Source: Paragordius varius
Lineage: Eukaryota; Animalia; Nematomorpha
Direction: 5' to 3'
Length of the DNA: 64,000 nt
Assembly: GCA_964247055.1 (NCBI GenBank)
Contig: OZ176050.1
Coordinates: 1,612,001-1,676,000 of the forward strand
In this document: positions 24,101 through 39,214 of the stretch, in pieces
Layout: each line of letters starts with the position of its first letter
How positions within the stretch are numbered: the first letter of the stretch is position 1
Program-made: the position numbers and the translations under genes
Notes under the pieces: generated by a model
What the model was told of the DNA's origin: nothing
The model's input: only the letters and a program-made list of their open reading frames with translations
Databases searched by the model: none

Positions 24101-26851
24101 AAACTTTGTCCTTAAAAATCGGATTTGGTCACCGGTGAATAAAATAATTTTTTATACATTCTCTTAGTAAGACTACAGCAAAATATAGAGATAGTTTGAC
24201 AAATTCTTTCACATCCGATTTTTACAACGATACTTTAAAAATTAATGTATAAAACTAGTCGCATCAATACTCAAGTTAAACTTTGTCCTTAAAAATCGGA
24301 TATTGGTCACCGGTGAACAAAATTATTTTTTATACATTCTCTTAGCAAGACTACATCAAAATATAGAGATAGTTTGACAAACTCTTTCATATCCGATTTT
24401 TAGAGCGATACTTTAAAAATTATGGTATTAAACCAGTCGCATCATTACTCAAGTTAAACTTTGTCCTTAAAAATCGGATATTGGTCACCGGTGAACAAAA
24501 TTATTTTTTATACATTCTCTTAGTAAGACTACATCAAAATATAGAGATAGTTTGACAAACTCTTTCATATCCGATTTTTACAACGATACTTTAAAAATTA
24601 ATGTATAAAACTAGTCGCATCAATACTCAAGTTAAACTTTGTCGTTAAAAATCGAATATTGGTCACCGGTGAACAAAATTATTTTTTATACATTCTCTTA
24701 GTAAGACTACATCAAAATATAGAAATAGTTTGACAAACTCTTTCATATCCGATTTTTACAACGATACTTTAAAAATTAATGTATAAAACTAGTCGTATCA
24801 ATAAATCGCATCAATACTCAAGTTAAACTTTGTCCTTAAAAATCGGATATTGGTCACCGGTGAACAAAATTATTTTTTATACATTCTCTTAGTAAGACTA
24901 CATCAAAATATAGAGATAGTTTGACAAACTCTTTCATATCCGATTTTTACAACGATACTTTAAAAATTAATGTATAAAACTAGTCGCATCAATACTCAAG
25001 TTAAACTTTGTCCTTAAAAATCGGATATTGGTCACCGGTGAACAAAATTATTTTTTATACATTCTCTTAGCAAGACTACATCAAAATATAGAGATAGTTT
25101 GACAAACTCTTTCATATCCGATTTTTAGAGCGATACTTTAAAAATTATGGTATTAAACCAGTCGCATCATTACTCAAGTTAAACTTTGTCCTTAAAAATC
25201 GGATATTGGTCACCGGTGAACAAAATTATTTTTTATACATTCTCTTAGTAAGACTACATCAAAATATAGAGATAGTTTGACAAACTCTTTCATATCCGAT
25301 TTTTACAACGATACTTTAAAAATTAATGTATAAAACTAGTCGCATCAATACTCAAGTTAAACTTTGTCGTTAAAAATCGAATATTGGTCACCGGTGAACA
25401 AAATTATTTTTTATACATTCTCTTAGTAAGACTACATCAAAATATAGAAATAGTTTGACAAACTCTTTCATATCCGATTTTTACAACGATACTTTAAAAA
25501 TTAATGTATAAAACTAGTCGTATCAATAAATCGCATCAATACTCAAGTTAAACTTTGTCCTTAAAAATCGGATATTGGTCACCGGTGAACAAAATTATTT
25601 TTTATACATTCTCTTAGTAAGACTACATCAAAATATAGAGATAGTTTGACAAACTCTTTCATATCCGATTTTTACAACGATACTTTATAAATTAATGTAT
25701 TAAACTAGTCGCATCAATACTCAAGTTAAACTTTGTCCTTAAAAATCGGATATTGGTCACCGGTATTTTTTTTACATTCTCTTAGTAAGACTACAGCAAA
25801 ATATAGAGATAGTTTGACAAATTCTTTCATATCCGATTTTTACAACGATACTTTAAAAATTAATGTATTAAACTAGTCGCATCAATACTCAAGTTAAACT
25901 TTGTCCTTAAAAATGGGATATTGGTCACCGGTGAACAAAATTATTTTTTATACATTCTCTTAGTAAGACTACATCAAAATATAGAGATAGTTTGACAAAC
26001 TCTTTCATATCCGATTTTTACAACGATACTTTAAAAATTAATGTATTAAACTAGTCGCATCAATACTCAAGTTAAACTTTGTCCTTAAAAATCGGATATT
26101 GGTCACCAATATTTTTTATACATTCTCTTAGTAAGACTACAGCAAAATATAGAGATAGTTTGACAAATTCTTTCATATCCGATTTTTACAACGATACTTT
26201 AAAAATTAATGTATTAAACTAGTCGCATCAATACTCAAGTTAAACTTTGTCCTTAAAAATGGGATATTGGTCACCGGTGAACAAAATTATTTTTTATACA
26301 TTCTCTTAGTAAGACTACATCAAAATATAGAGATAGTTTGACAAACTCTTTCTAATCCGATTTTTACAACGATACTTTAAAAATTAATGTATTAAACTAG
26401 TCGCATCAATACTCAAGTTAAACTTTGTCCTTAAAAATCGGATATTGGTCACCGGTGAACAAAATAATTTTTTATACATTCTCTTAGTAAGACTACAGCA
26501 AAATATAGAGATAGTTTGACAAATTCTTTCATATCCGATTTTTACAACGATACTTTAAAAATTAATGTATAAAACTAGTCGCATCAATACTCAAGTTAAA
26601 CTTTGTCCTTAAAAATCGGATATTGGTCACCGGTGAACAAAATTATTTTTTATACATTCTCTTAGCAAGACTACATCAAAATATAGAGATAGTTTGACAA
26701 ACTCTTTCATATCCGATTTTTAGAGCGATACTTTAAAAATTATGGTATTAAACCAGTCGCATCAATACTCAATTTAAACTTTGTCCTTAAAAATCGGATA
26801 TTGGTCACCGGTGAACAAAATTATTTTTTATACATTCTCTTAGTAAGACTA
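21146..26851. repeat. 16-monomer, 2853-bp HOR x2 with internal 4-mer (725 bp) and 2-mer (346 bp) duplications
   Basis: GGATTTGGTC at 21268/24121 and TTTCTAATCC at ~23499/26352 are both offset by 2853. GCATCATTAC at 21586/22311 is offset by 725. Confidence 0.92.
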
Positions 26852-27562
26852 CATCAAAATATAGAGATAGTTTGACAAACTCTTTCATATCCGATTTTTA
26901 CAACGATACTTTAAAAATTAATGTATAAAACTAGTCGCATCAATACTCAAGTTAAACTTTGTCGTTAAAAATCGAATATTGGTCACCGGTGAACAAAATT
27001 ATTTTTTATACATTCTCTTAGTAAGACTACATCAAAATATAGAAATAGTTTGACAAACTCTTTCATATCCGATTTTTACAACGATACTTTAAAACTAGTC
27101 GTATCAATAAATCGCATCAATACTCAAGTTAAACTTTGTCCTTAAAAATCGGATATGGGTCACCGGTGAACAAAATTATTTTTTATACATTCTCTTAGTA
27201 GGACTACATCAAAATATAGAGATAGTTTGACAAACTCTTTCATATCCGATTTTTAGAGCGATACTTTAAAAATTATGGTATTAAACCAGTCGCATCAATA
27301 CTCAAGTTAAACTTTGTCCTTAAAAATCGGATATTGATCACCGGTGAACAAAATTATTTTTTATACATTCTCTTAGCAAGACTACATCAAAATATAGAGA
27401 TAGTTTGACAAACTCTTTCATATCCGATTTTTAGAGCGATACTTTAAAAATTATGGTATTAAACCAGTCGCATCAATACTCAAGTTAAACTTTGTCCTTA
27501 AAAATCGGATATTGGTCACCGGTGAACAAAATTATTTTTTATACATTCTCTTAGTAAGACTA

Positions 27563-30500
27563 CATCAAAATATAGAGATAGTTTGACAAACTCTTTCATA
27601 TCCGATTTTTACAACGATACTTTAAAAATTAATGTATTAAACTAGTCGCATCAATACTCAAGTTAAACTTTGTCCTTAAAAATCGGATATTGGTCACCGG
27701 TATTTTTTATACATTCTCTTAGTAAGACTACAGCAAAATATAGAGATAGTTTGACAAATTCTTTCATATCCGATTTTTACAACGATACTTTAAAAATTAA
27801 TGTATTAAACTAGTCGCATCAATACTCAAGTTAAACTTTGTCCTTAAAAATGGGATATTGGTCACCGGTGAACAAAATTATTTTTTATACATTCTCTTAG
27901 TAAGACTACATCAAAATATAGAGATAGTTTGACAAACTCTTTCATATCCGATTTTTACAACGATACTTTAAAAATTAATGTATTAAAATAGTCGCATCTA
28001 TACTCAAGTTAAACTTTGTCCTTAAAAATCGGATATTGGTCACCGGTGAACAAAATAATTTTTTATACATTCTCTTAGTAAGACTACAGCAAAATATAGA
28101 GATAGTTTGACAAATTCTTTCATATCCGATTTTTACAACGATACTTTAAAAATTAATGTATAAAACTAGTCGCATCAATACTCAAGTTAAACTTTGTCCT
28201 TAAAAATCGGATATTGGTCACCGGTGAACAAAATTATTTTTTATACATTCTCTTAGCAAGACTACATCAAAATATAGAGATAGTTTGACAAACTCTTTCA
28301 TATCCGATTTTTAGAGCGATACTTTAAATATTATGGTATTAAACCAGTCGCATCAATACTCAATTTAAACTTTGTCCTTAAAAATCGGATATTGGTCACC
28401 GGTGAACAAAATTATTTTTTATACATTCTCTTAGTAAGACTACATCAAAATATAGAGATAGTTTGACAAACTCTTTCATATCCGATTTTTACAACGATAC
28501 TTTAAAAATTAATGTATAAAACTAGTCGCATCAATACTCAAGTTAAACTTTGTCGTTAAAAATCGAATATTGGTCACCGGTGAACAAAATTATTTTTTAT
28601 ACATTCTCTTAGTAAGACTACATCAAAATATAGAAATAGTTTGACAAACTCTTTCATATCCGATTTTTACAACGATACTTTAAAAATTAATGTATAAAAC
28701 TAGTCGTATCAATAAATCGCATCAATACTCAAGTTAAACTTTGTCCTTAAAAATCGGATATGGGTCACCGGTGAACAAAATTATTTTTTATACATTCTCT
28801 TAGTAGGACTACATCAAAATATAGAGATAGTTTGACAAACTCTTACATATCCGATTTTTAGAGCGATACTTTAAAAATTATGGTATTAAACCAGTCGCAT
28901 CAATACTCAAGTTAAACTTTGTCCTTAAAAATCGGATATTGATCACCGGTGAACAAAATTATTTTTTATACATTCTCTTAGCAAGACTACATCAAAATAT
29001 AGAGATAGTTTGACAAACTCTTTCATATCCGATTTTTAGAGCGATACTTTAAAAATTATGGTATTAAACCAGTCGCATCAATACTCAAGTTAAACTTTGT
29101 CCTTAAAAATCGGATATTGGTCACCGGTGAACAAAATTATTTTTTATACATTCTCTTAGTAAGACTACATCAAAATATAGAGATAGTTTGACAAACTCTT
29201 TCATATCCGATTTTTACAACGATACTTTAAAAATTAATGTATAAAACTAGTCGCATCAATACTCAAGTTAAACTTTGTCGTTAAAAATCGAATATTGGTC
29301 ACCGGTGAACAAAATTATTTTTTATACATTCTCTTAGTAAGACTACATCAAAATATAGAAATAGTTTGACAAACTCTTTCATATCCGATTTTTACAACGA
29401 TACTTTAAAAATTAATGTATAAAACTAGTCGTATCAATAAATCGCATCAATACTCAAGTTAAACTTTGTCCTTAAAAATCGGATATTGGTCACCGGTGAA
29501 CAAAATTATTTTTTATACATTCTCTTAGTAAGACTACATCAAAATATAGAGATAGTTTGACAAACTCTTTCATATCCGATTTTTACAACGATACTTTAAA
29601 AATTAATGTATTAAACTAGTCGCATCAATACTCAAGTTAAACTTTGTCCTTAAAAATCGGATATTGGTCACCGGTATTTTTTATACATTCTCTTAGTAAG
29701 ACTACAGCAAAATATAGAGATAGTTTGACAAATTCTTTCATATCCGATTTTTACAACGATACTTTAAAAATTAATGTATTAAACTAGTCGCATCAATACT
29801 CAAGTTAAACTTTGTCCTTAAAAATCGGATATTGGTCACCGGTATTTTTTATACATTCTCTTAGTAAGACTACAGCAAAATATAGAGATAGTTTGACAAA
29901 TTCTTTCATATCCGATTTTTACAACGATACTTTAAAAATTAATGTATTAAACTAGTCGCATCAATACTCAAGTTAAACTTTGTCCTTAAAAATGGGATAT
30001 TGGTCACCGGTGAACAAAATTATTTTTTATACATTCTCTTAGTAAGACTACATCAAAATATAGAGATAGTTTGACAAACTCTTTCATATCCGATTTTTAC
30101 AACGATACTTAAAAAATTAATGTATTAAACTAGTCGCATCAATACTCAAGTTAAACTTTGTCCTTAAAAATCGGATATTGGTCACCGGTGAACAAAATAA
30201 TTTTTTATACATTCTCTTAGTAAGACTACAGCAAAATATAGAGATAGTTTGACAAATTCTTTCATATCCGATTTTTACAACGATACTTTAAAAATTAATG
30301 TATAAAACTAGTCGCATCAATACTCAAGTTAAACTTTGTCCTTAAAAATCGGATATTGGTCACCGGTGAACAAAATTATTTTTTATACATTCTCTTAGCA
30401 AGACTACATCAAAATATAGAGATAGTTTGACAAACTCTTTCATATCCGATTTTTAGAGCGATACTTTAAAAATTATGGTATTAAACCAGTCGCATCAATA

Positions 30501-33500
30501 CTCAAGTTAAACTTTGTCCTTAAAAATCGGATATTGGTCACCGGTGAACAAAATTATTTTTTATACATTCTCTTAGTAAGACTACATCAAAATATAGAGA
30601 TAGTTTGACAAACTCTTTCATATCCGATTTTTACAACGATACTTTAAAAATTAATGTATAAAACTAGTCGCATCAATACTCAAGTTAAACTTTGTCGTTA
30701 AAAATCGAATATTGGTCACCGGTGAACAAAATTATTTTTTATACATTCTCTTAGCAAGACTACATCAAAATATAGAGATAGTTTGACAAACTCTTTCATA
30801 TCCGATTTTTAGAGCGATACTTTAAAAATTATGGTATTAAACCAGTCGCATCAATACTCAATTTAAACTTTGTCCTTAAAAATCGGATATTGGTCACCGG
30901 TGAACAAAATTATTTTTTATACATTCTCTTAGTAAGACTACATCAAAATATAGAGATAGTTTGACAAACTCTTTCATATCCGATTTTTACAACGATACTT
31001 TAAAAATTAATGTATAAAACTAGTCGCATCAATACTCAAGTTAAACTTTGTCGTTAAAAATCGAATATTGGTCACCGGTGAACAAAATTATTTTTTATAC
31101 ATTCTCTTAGTAAGACTACATCAAAATATAGAAATAGTTTGACAAACTCTTTCATATCCGATTTTTACAACGATACTTTAAAAATTAATGTATAAAACTA
31201 GTCGTATCAATAAATCGCATCAATACTCAAGTTAAACTTTGTCCTTAAAAATCGGATATGGGTCACCGGTGAACAAAATTATTTTTTATACATTCTCTTA
31301 GTAGGACTACATCAAAATATAGAGATAGTTTGACAAACTCTTTCATATCCGATTTTTAGAGCGATACTTTAAAAATTATGGTATTAAACCAGTCGCATCA
31401 ATACTCAAGTTAAACTTTGTCCTTAAAAATCGGATATTGATCACCGGTGAACAAAATTATTTTTTATACATTCTCTTAGCAAGACTACATCAAAATATAG
31501 AGATAGTTTGACAAACTCTTTCATATCCGATTTTTAGAGCGATACTTTAAAAATTATGGTATTAAACCAGTCGCATCAATACTCAAGTTAAACTTTGTCC
31601 TTAAAAATCGGATATTGGTCACCGGTGAACAAAATTATTTTTTATACATTCTCTTAGTAAGACTACATCAAAATATAGAGATAGTTTGACAAACTCTTTC
31701 ATATCCGATTTTTACAACGACACTTTAAAAATTAATGTATAAAACTAGTCGCATCAATACTCAAGTTAAACTTTGTCGTTAAAAATCGAATATTGGTCAC
31801 CGGTGAACAAAATTATTTTTTATACATTCTCTTAGTAAGACTACATCAAAATATAGAAATAGTTTGACAAACTCTTTCATATCCGATTTTTACAACGATA
31901 CTTTAAAAATTAATGTATAAAACTAGTCGTATCAATAAATCGCATCAATACTCAAGTTAAACTTTGTCCTTAAAAATCGGATATTGGTCACCGGTGAACA
32001 AAATTATTTTTTATACATTCTCTTAGTAAGACTACATCAAAATATAGAGATAGTTTGACAAACTCTTTCATATCCGATTTTTACAACGATACTTTAAAAA
32101 TTAATGTATTAAACTAGTCGCATCAATACTCAAGTTAAACTTTGTCCTTAAAAATCGGATATTGGTCACCGGTATTTTTTATACATTCTCTTAGTAAGAC
32201 TACAGCAAAATATAGAGATAGTTTGACAAATTCTTTCATATCCGATTTTTACAACGATACTTTAAAAATTAATGTATTAAACTAGTCGCATCAATACTCA
32301 AGTTAAACTTTGTCCTTAAAAATGGGATATTGGTCACCGGTGAACAAAATTATTTTTTATACATTCTCTTAGTAAGACTACATCAAAATATAGAGATAGT
32401 TTGACAAACTCTTTCATATCCGATTTTTACAACGATACTTTAAAAATTAATGTATTAAACTAGTCGCATCAATACTCAAGTTAAACTTTGTCCTTAAAAA
32501 TCGGATATTGGTCACCGGTGAACAAAATTATTTTTTATACATTCTCTTAGTAAGACTACAGCAAAATATAGAGATAGTTTGACAAATTCTTTCATATCCG
32601 ATTTTTACAACGACTTTAAAAATTAATGTATAAAACTAGTCGCATCAATACTCAAGTTAAACTTTGTCCTTAAAAATCGGATATTGGTCACCGGTGAACA
32701 AAATTATTTTTTATACATTCTCTTAGTCAAAATATAGAGATAGTTTGACAAACTCTTTCATATCCGATTTTTAGAGCGATACTTTAAAAATTATGGTATT
32801 AAACCAGTCGCATCAATACTCAAGTTAAACTTTGTCCTTAAAAATCGGATATTGGTCACCGGTGAACAAAATTATTTTTTATACATTCTCTTAGTAAGAC
32901 TACATCAAAATATAGAGATAGTTTGACAAACTCTTTCATATCCGATTTTTACAACGATACTTTAAAAATTAATGTATAAAACTAGTCGCATCAATACTCA
33001 AGTTAAACTTTGTCGTTAAAAATCGAATATTGGTCACCGGTGAACAAAATTATTTTTTATACATTCTCTTAGTAAGACTACATCAAAATATAGAAATAGT
33101 TTGACAAACTCTTTCATATCCGATTTTTACAACGATACTTTAAAAATTAATGTATAAAACTAGTCGTATCAATAAATCGCATCAATACTCAAGTTAAACT
33201 TTGTCCTTAAAAATCGGATATGGGTCACCGGTGAACAAAATTATTTTTTATACATTCTCTTAGTAGGACTACATCAAAATATAGAGATAGTTTGACAAAC
33301 TCTTTCATATCCGATTTTTAGAGCGATACTTTAAAAATTATGGTATTAAACCAGTCGCATCAATACTCAAGTTAAACTTTGTCCTTAAAAATCGGATATT
33401 GATCACCGGTGAACAAAATTATTTTTTTTACATTCTCTTAGCAAGACTACATCAAAATATAGAGATAGTTTGACAAACTCTTTCATATCCGATTTTTAGA

Positions 33501-33627
33501 GCGATACTTTAAAAATTATGGTATTAAACCAGTCGCATCAATACTCAAGTTAAACTTTGTCCTTAAAAATCGGATATTGGTCACTGGTGAACAAAATTAT
33601 TTTTTATACATTCTCTTAGTAAGACTA
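27563..33627. repeat. 9-mer HOR family, irregular copies (9-, 14- and 11-monomer spacings)
   Basis: The marker GGATATGGGT occurs at 27151, 28756, 31254 and 33216 (spacings 1605, 2498, 1962). Monomer types match those in 39215-44027. Confidence 0.85.
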
Positions 33628-36600
33628 CATCAAAATATAGAGATAGTTTGACAAACTCTTTCATATCCGATTTTTACAACGATACTTTAAAAATTAATGT
33701 ATAAAACTAGTCGCATCAATACTCAAGTTAAACTTTATCCTTAAAAATTGGATATTGGTCACCGGTGAACAAAATAATTTTTTATACATTCTCTTAGTAA
33801 GACTACATCAAAATATAGAGATAGTTTGACAAACTCTTTCATATCCGATTTTTAGAGCGATACTTTAAAAATTATGGTATTAAACCAGTCGCATCAATAC
33901 TCAAGTTAAACTTTGTCCTTAAAAATCGGATATTGGTCACCGGTGAACAAAATTATTTTTTATACATTCTCTTAGTAAGACTACATCAAAATATAGAGAC
34001 AGTTTGACAAACTCTTTCATATCCGATTTTTACAACGATACTTTAAAAATTAATGTATAAAACTAGTCGCATCAATACTCAAGTTAAACTTTATCCTTAA
34101 AAATTGGATATTGGTCACCGGTGAACAAAATAATTTTTTATACATTCTCTTAGTAAGACTACCTCAAAATATAGAGATAGTTTGACAAACTCTTTCATAT
34201 CCGATTTTTACAACGATACTTTAAAAATTAATGTTTAAAACTAGTCGTATCAATAAATCGCATCAATACTCAAGTTAAACTTTGTCCTTAAAAATCGGAT
34301 ATTGGTCACCAGTGAACAAAATTATTTTTTATACATTCTCTTAGTAAGACTACATCAAAATATAGAGATAGTTTGACAAACTCTTTCATATCCGATTTTT
34401 ACAACGATACTTTAAAAATTAATGTGTTAAACTAGTCGCATCAATACTCAAATTAAACTTTGTCCTTAAAAATCGTATATTGGTCACCGGTGAACAAAAT
34501 TATTTTTTATATATTCTCTTAGCAAGACTACATCAAAATATAGAGATAGTTTGAAAAACTCTTTCATATCCGATTTTTACAACGATACTTTAAAAATTAA
34601 TGTATAAAACTAGTCGTATCAATAAATCGCATCAATACTCAAGTTAAACTTTGTCCTTAAAAATCGGATATTGGTCACCGGTGAACAAAATTATTTTTTA
34701 TACATTCTCTTAGCAAGACTACATCAAAATATAGAGATATTTTGACAAACTCTTTCATATCCGATTTTTAGAGCGTTACTTTAAAAATTATGGTATTAAA
34801 CCAGTCGCATCAATAAAGTTAAACTTTGTCCTTAAAAATCGGATATTGGTCACTGGTGAACAAAATTATTTTTTATACATTCTCTTTGTAAGACTACATC
34901 AAAATATAGAGATAGTTTGACAAACTCTTTCATATCCGATTTTTACAACGATATTTTAAAAATTAATGTATAAAACTAGTCGCATCAATACTCAAGTTAA
35001 ACTTTGTCGTTAAAAATCGAATATTGGTCACCGGTGAACAAAATTATTTTTTATACATTCTCTTAGTAAGACTACATCAAAATATAGAAATAGTTTGACA
35101 AACTCTTTCATATCCGATTTTTACAACGATACTTTAAAAATTAATGTATTAAACTAGTCGCATCAATACTCAAATTAAACTTTGTCCTTAAAAATCGGAT
35201 ATTGGTCACCGGTGAACAAAATTATTTTTTATATATTCTCTTAGCAAGACTACATCAAAATATAGAGATAGTTTGACAAACTCTTTCATATCCGATTTTT
35301 ACAACGATACTTTAAAAATTAATGTATAAAACTAGTCGTATCAATAAATCGCATCAATACTCAAGTTAAACTTTGTCCTTAAAAATCGGATATTGGTCAC
35401 CGGTGAACAAAATTATTTTTTATACATTCTCTTAGTAGGACTACATCAAAATATAGAGATAGTTTGGCAAACTCTTTCATATCCGATTTTTACAACGATA
35501 CTTTAAAAATTAATGTATAAAACTAGTCGCATCAATACTCAAGTTAAACTTTGTCCTTAAAAATCGAATATTGGTCACCGGTGAACAAAAATATTTTTTA
35601 TACATTATCTTAGTAAGACTACATCAAAATATAGAGATAGTTTGACAAACTCTTTCATATCCGATTTTTACAACGATACTTTAAAAATTAATGTATTAAA
35701 CTAGTCGCATCAATACTCAAGTTAAACTTTGTCGTTAAAAATCGAATATTGGTCACCGGTGAACAAAATTATTTTTTATACATTCTCTTAGTAAGACTAC
35801 ATCAAAATATAGAAATAGTTTGACAAACTCTTTCATATCCGATTTTTACAACGATACTTTAAAAATTAATGTATTAAACTAGTCGCATCAATACTCAAAT
35901 TAAACTTTGTCCTTAAAAATCGGATATTGGTCACCGGTGAACTAAATTATTTTTTATATATTCTCCCAGCAAGACTACATCAAAATATAGAGATAGTTTG
36001 ACAAACTCTTTCATATCCGATTTTTACAACGATACTTTAAAAATTAATGTATAAAACTAGTCGTATCAATAAATCGCATCAATACTCAAGTTAAACTTTG
36101 TCCTTAAAAATCGGATATTGGTCACCGGTGAACAAAATTATTTTTTATACATTCTCTTAGTAACACTACATCAAAATATAGAGATAGTTTGACAAACTCT
36201 TTCATATCCGATTTTTACAACGATACTTTAAAAAATTAATGTGTTAAACTAGTCGCATCAATACTCAAATTAAACTTTGTCCTTAAAAATCGGATATTGG
36301 TCACCGGTGAACAAAATAATTTTTTATACATTCTCTTAGTAAGACTACATCAAAATATAGAGATAGTTTGACAAACTCTTTCATATCCGATTTTTACAAC
36401 GATACTTTAAAAATTATGGTATTAAACCAGTCGCATCAATACTCAAGTTAAACTTTGTCCTTAAAAATCGGATATTGGTCACCGGTGAACAAAATTATTT
36501 TTTATACATTCTCTTAGTAAGACTACATCAAAATATAGAGATAGTTTGACAAACTCTTTCATATCCGATTTTTACAACGATACTTTAAAAATTAATGTAT

Positions 36601-39214
36601 AAAACTAGTCGCATCAATACTCAAGTTAAACTTTGTCCTTAAAAATCGGATATTGGTCACCGGTGAAAAAAATTATTTTTTATACATTCTCTTAGCAAGA
36701 CTACATCAAAATATAGAGATAGTTTGACAAACTCTTTCATATCCGATTTTTAGAGCGATACTTTAAAAAATTAATGTGTTAAACTAGTCGCATCAATACT
36801 CAAGTTAAACTTTGTCCTTAAAAATCGGATATTGGTCACCGGTGAACAAAATTATTTTTTATACATTCTCTTAGTAAGACTACATCAAAATATAGAGATA
36901 GTTTGACAAACTCTTTCATATCCGATTTTTACAACGATACTTTAAAAATTAATGTATAAAACTAGTCGCATCAATATTCAAGTTAAACTTTATCCTTAAA
37001 AATTGGATATTGGTCACCGGTGAACAAAATAATTTTTTATACATTCTCTTGGTAAGACTACATCAAAATATAGAGATAGTTTGACAAACTCTTTCATATC
37101 CGATTTTTACAACGATACTTTAAAAATTAATGTTTAAAACTAGTCGTATCAATAAATCGCATCAATACTCAAGTTAAACTTTGTCCTTAAAAATCGGATA
37201 TTGGTCACCAGTGAACAAAATTATTTTTTATACATTCTCTTAGTAAGACTACATCAAAATATAGAGATAGTTTGACAAACTCTTTCATATCCGATTTTTA
37301 CAACGATACTTTAAAAATTAATGTGTTAAACTAGTCGCATCAATACTCAAATTAAACTTTGTGCTTAAAAATCGTATATTGGTCACCGGTGAACAAAATT
37401 ATTTTTTTTATATTCTCTTAGCAAGACTACATCAAAATATAGAGATAGTTTGAAAAACTCTTTCATATCCGATTTTTACAACGATACTTTAAAAATTAAT
37501 GTATAAAACTAGTCGTATCAATAAATCGCATCCATACTCAAGTTAAACTTTGTCCTTAAAAATCGGATATTGGTCACCGGTGAACAAAATTATTTTTTAT
37601 ACATTCTCTTAGTAGGACTACATCAAAATATAGAGATAGTTTGGCAAACTCTTTCATATCCGATTTTTACAACGATACTTTAAAAATTAATGCATAAAAC
37701 TAGTCGCATCAATATTCAAGTTAAACTTTGTCCTTAAAAATCGAATATTGGTCACCGGTGAACAAAATTATTTTTTATACATTCTCTTAGTAAGACTACA
37801 TCAAAATATAGAGATAGTTTGACAAACTCCTTCATATCCGATTTTTACAACGATACTTTAAAAATTAATGTTTTAAACTAGTCGCATCAATACTCAAGTT
37901 AAACTTTGTCCTTAAAAATCGGATATTGGTCACCGGTATTTTTTATACATTCTCTTAGTAAGACTACATCAAAATATAGAGATAGTTTGACAAACTATTT
38001 CATATCCGATTTTTACAACGATACTTTAAAAATTAATGTGTTAAACTAATCGCATCAATACTCAAATTAAACTTTGTCCTTAAAAATCGTATATTGGTCA
38101 CCGGTGAACAAAATTATTTTTTATACATTCTCTTAGTAAGACTACATCAAAATATAGAGATAGTTTGACAAACTCTTTCATATCCGATTTTTACAACGAT
38201 ACTTAAAAAATTAATGTATTAAACTAGTCGCATCAATACTCAAGTTAAACTTTGTCCTTAAAAATCGGATATTGGTCACCGGTATTTTTTATACATTCTC
38301 TTAGTAAGACTACAGCAAAATATAGAGATAGTTTGACAAACTCTTTCATATCCGATTTTTACAACGATACTTTAAAAATTAATGTATTAAACTAGTCGCA
38401 TCAATACTCAAGTTAAACTTTGTCCTTAAAAATCGGATTTGGTCACCGGTGAACAAAATAATTTTTTATACATTCTCTTAGTAAGACTACAGCAAAATAT
38501 AGAGATAGTTTGACAAATTCTTTCACATCCGATTTTTACAACGATACTTTAAAAATTAATGTATAAAACTAGTCGCATCAATACTCAAGTTAAACTTTGT
38601 CCTTAAAAATCGGATATTGGTCACCGGTGAACAAAATTATTTTTTATACATTCTCTTAGCAAGACTACATCAAAATATAGAGATAGTTTGACAAACTCTT
38701 TCATATCCGATTTTTAGAGCGATACTTTAAAAATTATGGTATTAAACCAGTCGCATCATTACTCAAGTTAAACTTTGTCCTTAAAAATCGGATATTGGTC
38801 ACCGGTGAACAAAATTATTTTTTATACATTCTCTTAGTAAGACTACATCAAAATATAGAGATAGTTTGACAAACTCTTTCATATCCGATTTTTACAACGA
38901 TACTTTAAAAATTAATGTATAAAACTAGTCGCATCAATACTCAAGTTAAACTTTGTCGTTAAAAATCGAATATTGGTCACCGGTGAACAAAATTATTTTT
39001 TATACATTCTCTTAGTAAGACTACATCAAAATATAGAAATAGTTTGACAAACTCTTTCATATCCGATTTTTACAACGATACTTTAAAAATTAATGTATAA
39101 AACTAGTCGTATCAATAAATCGCATCAATACTCAAGTTAAACTTTGTCCTTAAAAATCGGATATTGGTCACCGGTGAACAAAATTATTTTTTATACATTC
39201 TCTTAGTAAGACTA

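Noticed and set aside
36225-36240. Isolated 1-bp homopolymer length variants as biological markers
   Set aside because: They could be long-read consensus errors, so I used them only where they recur at a matching duplication offset.
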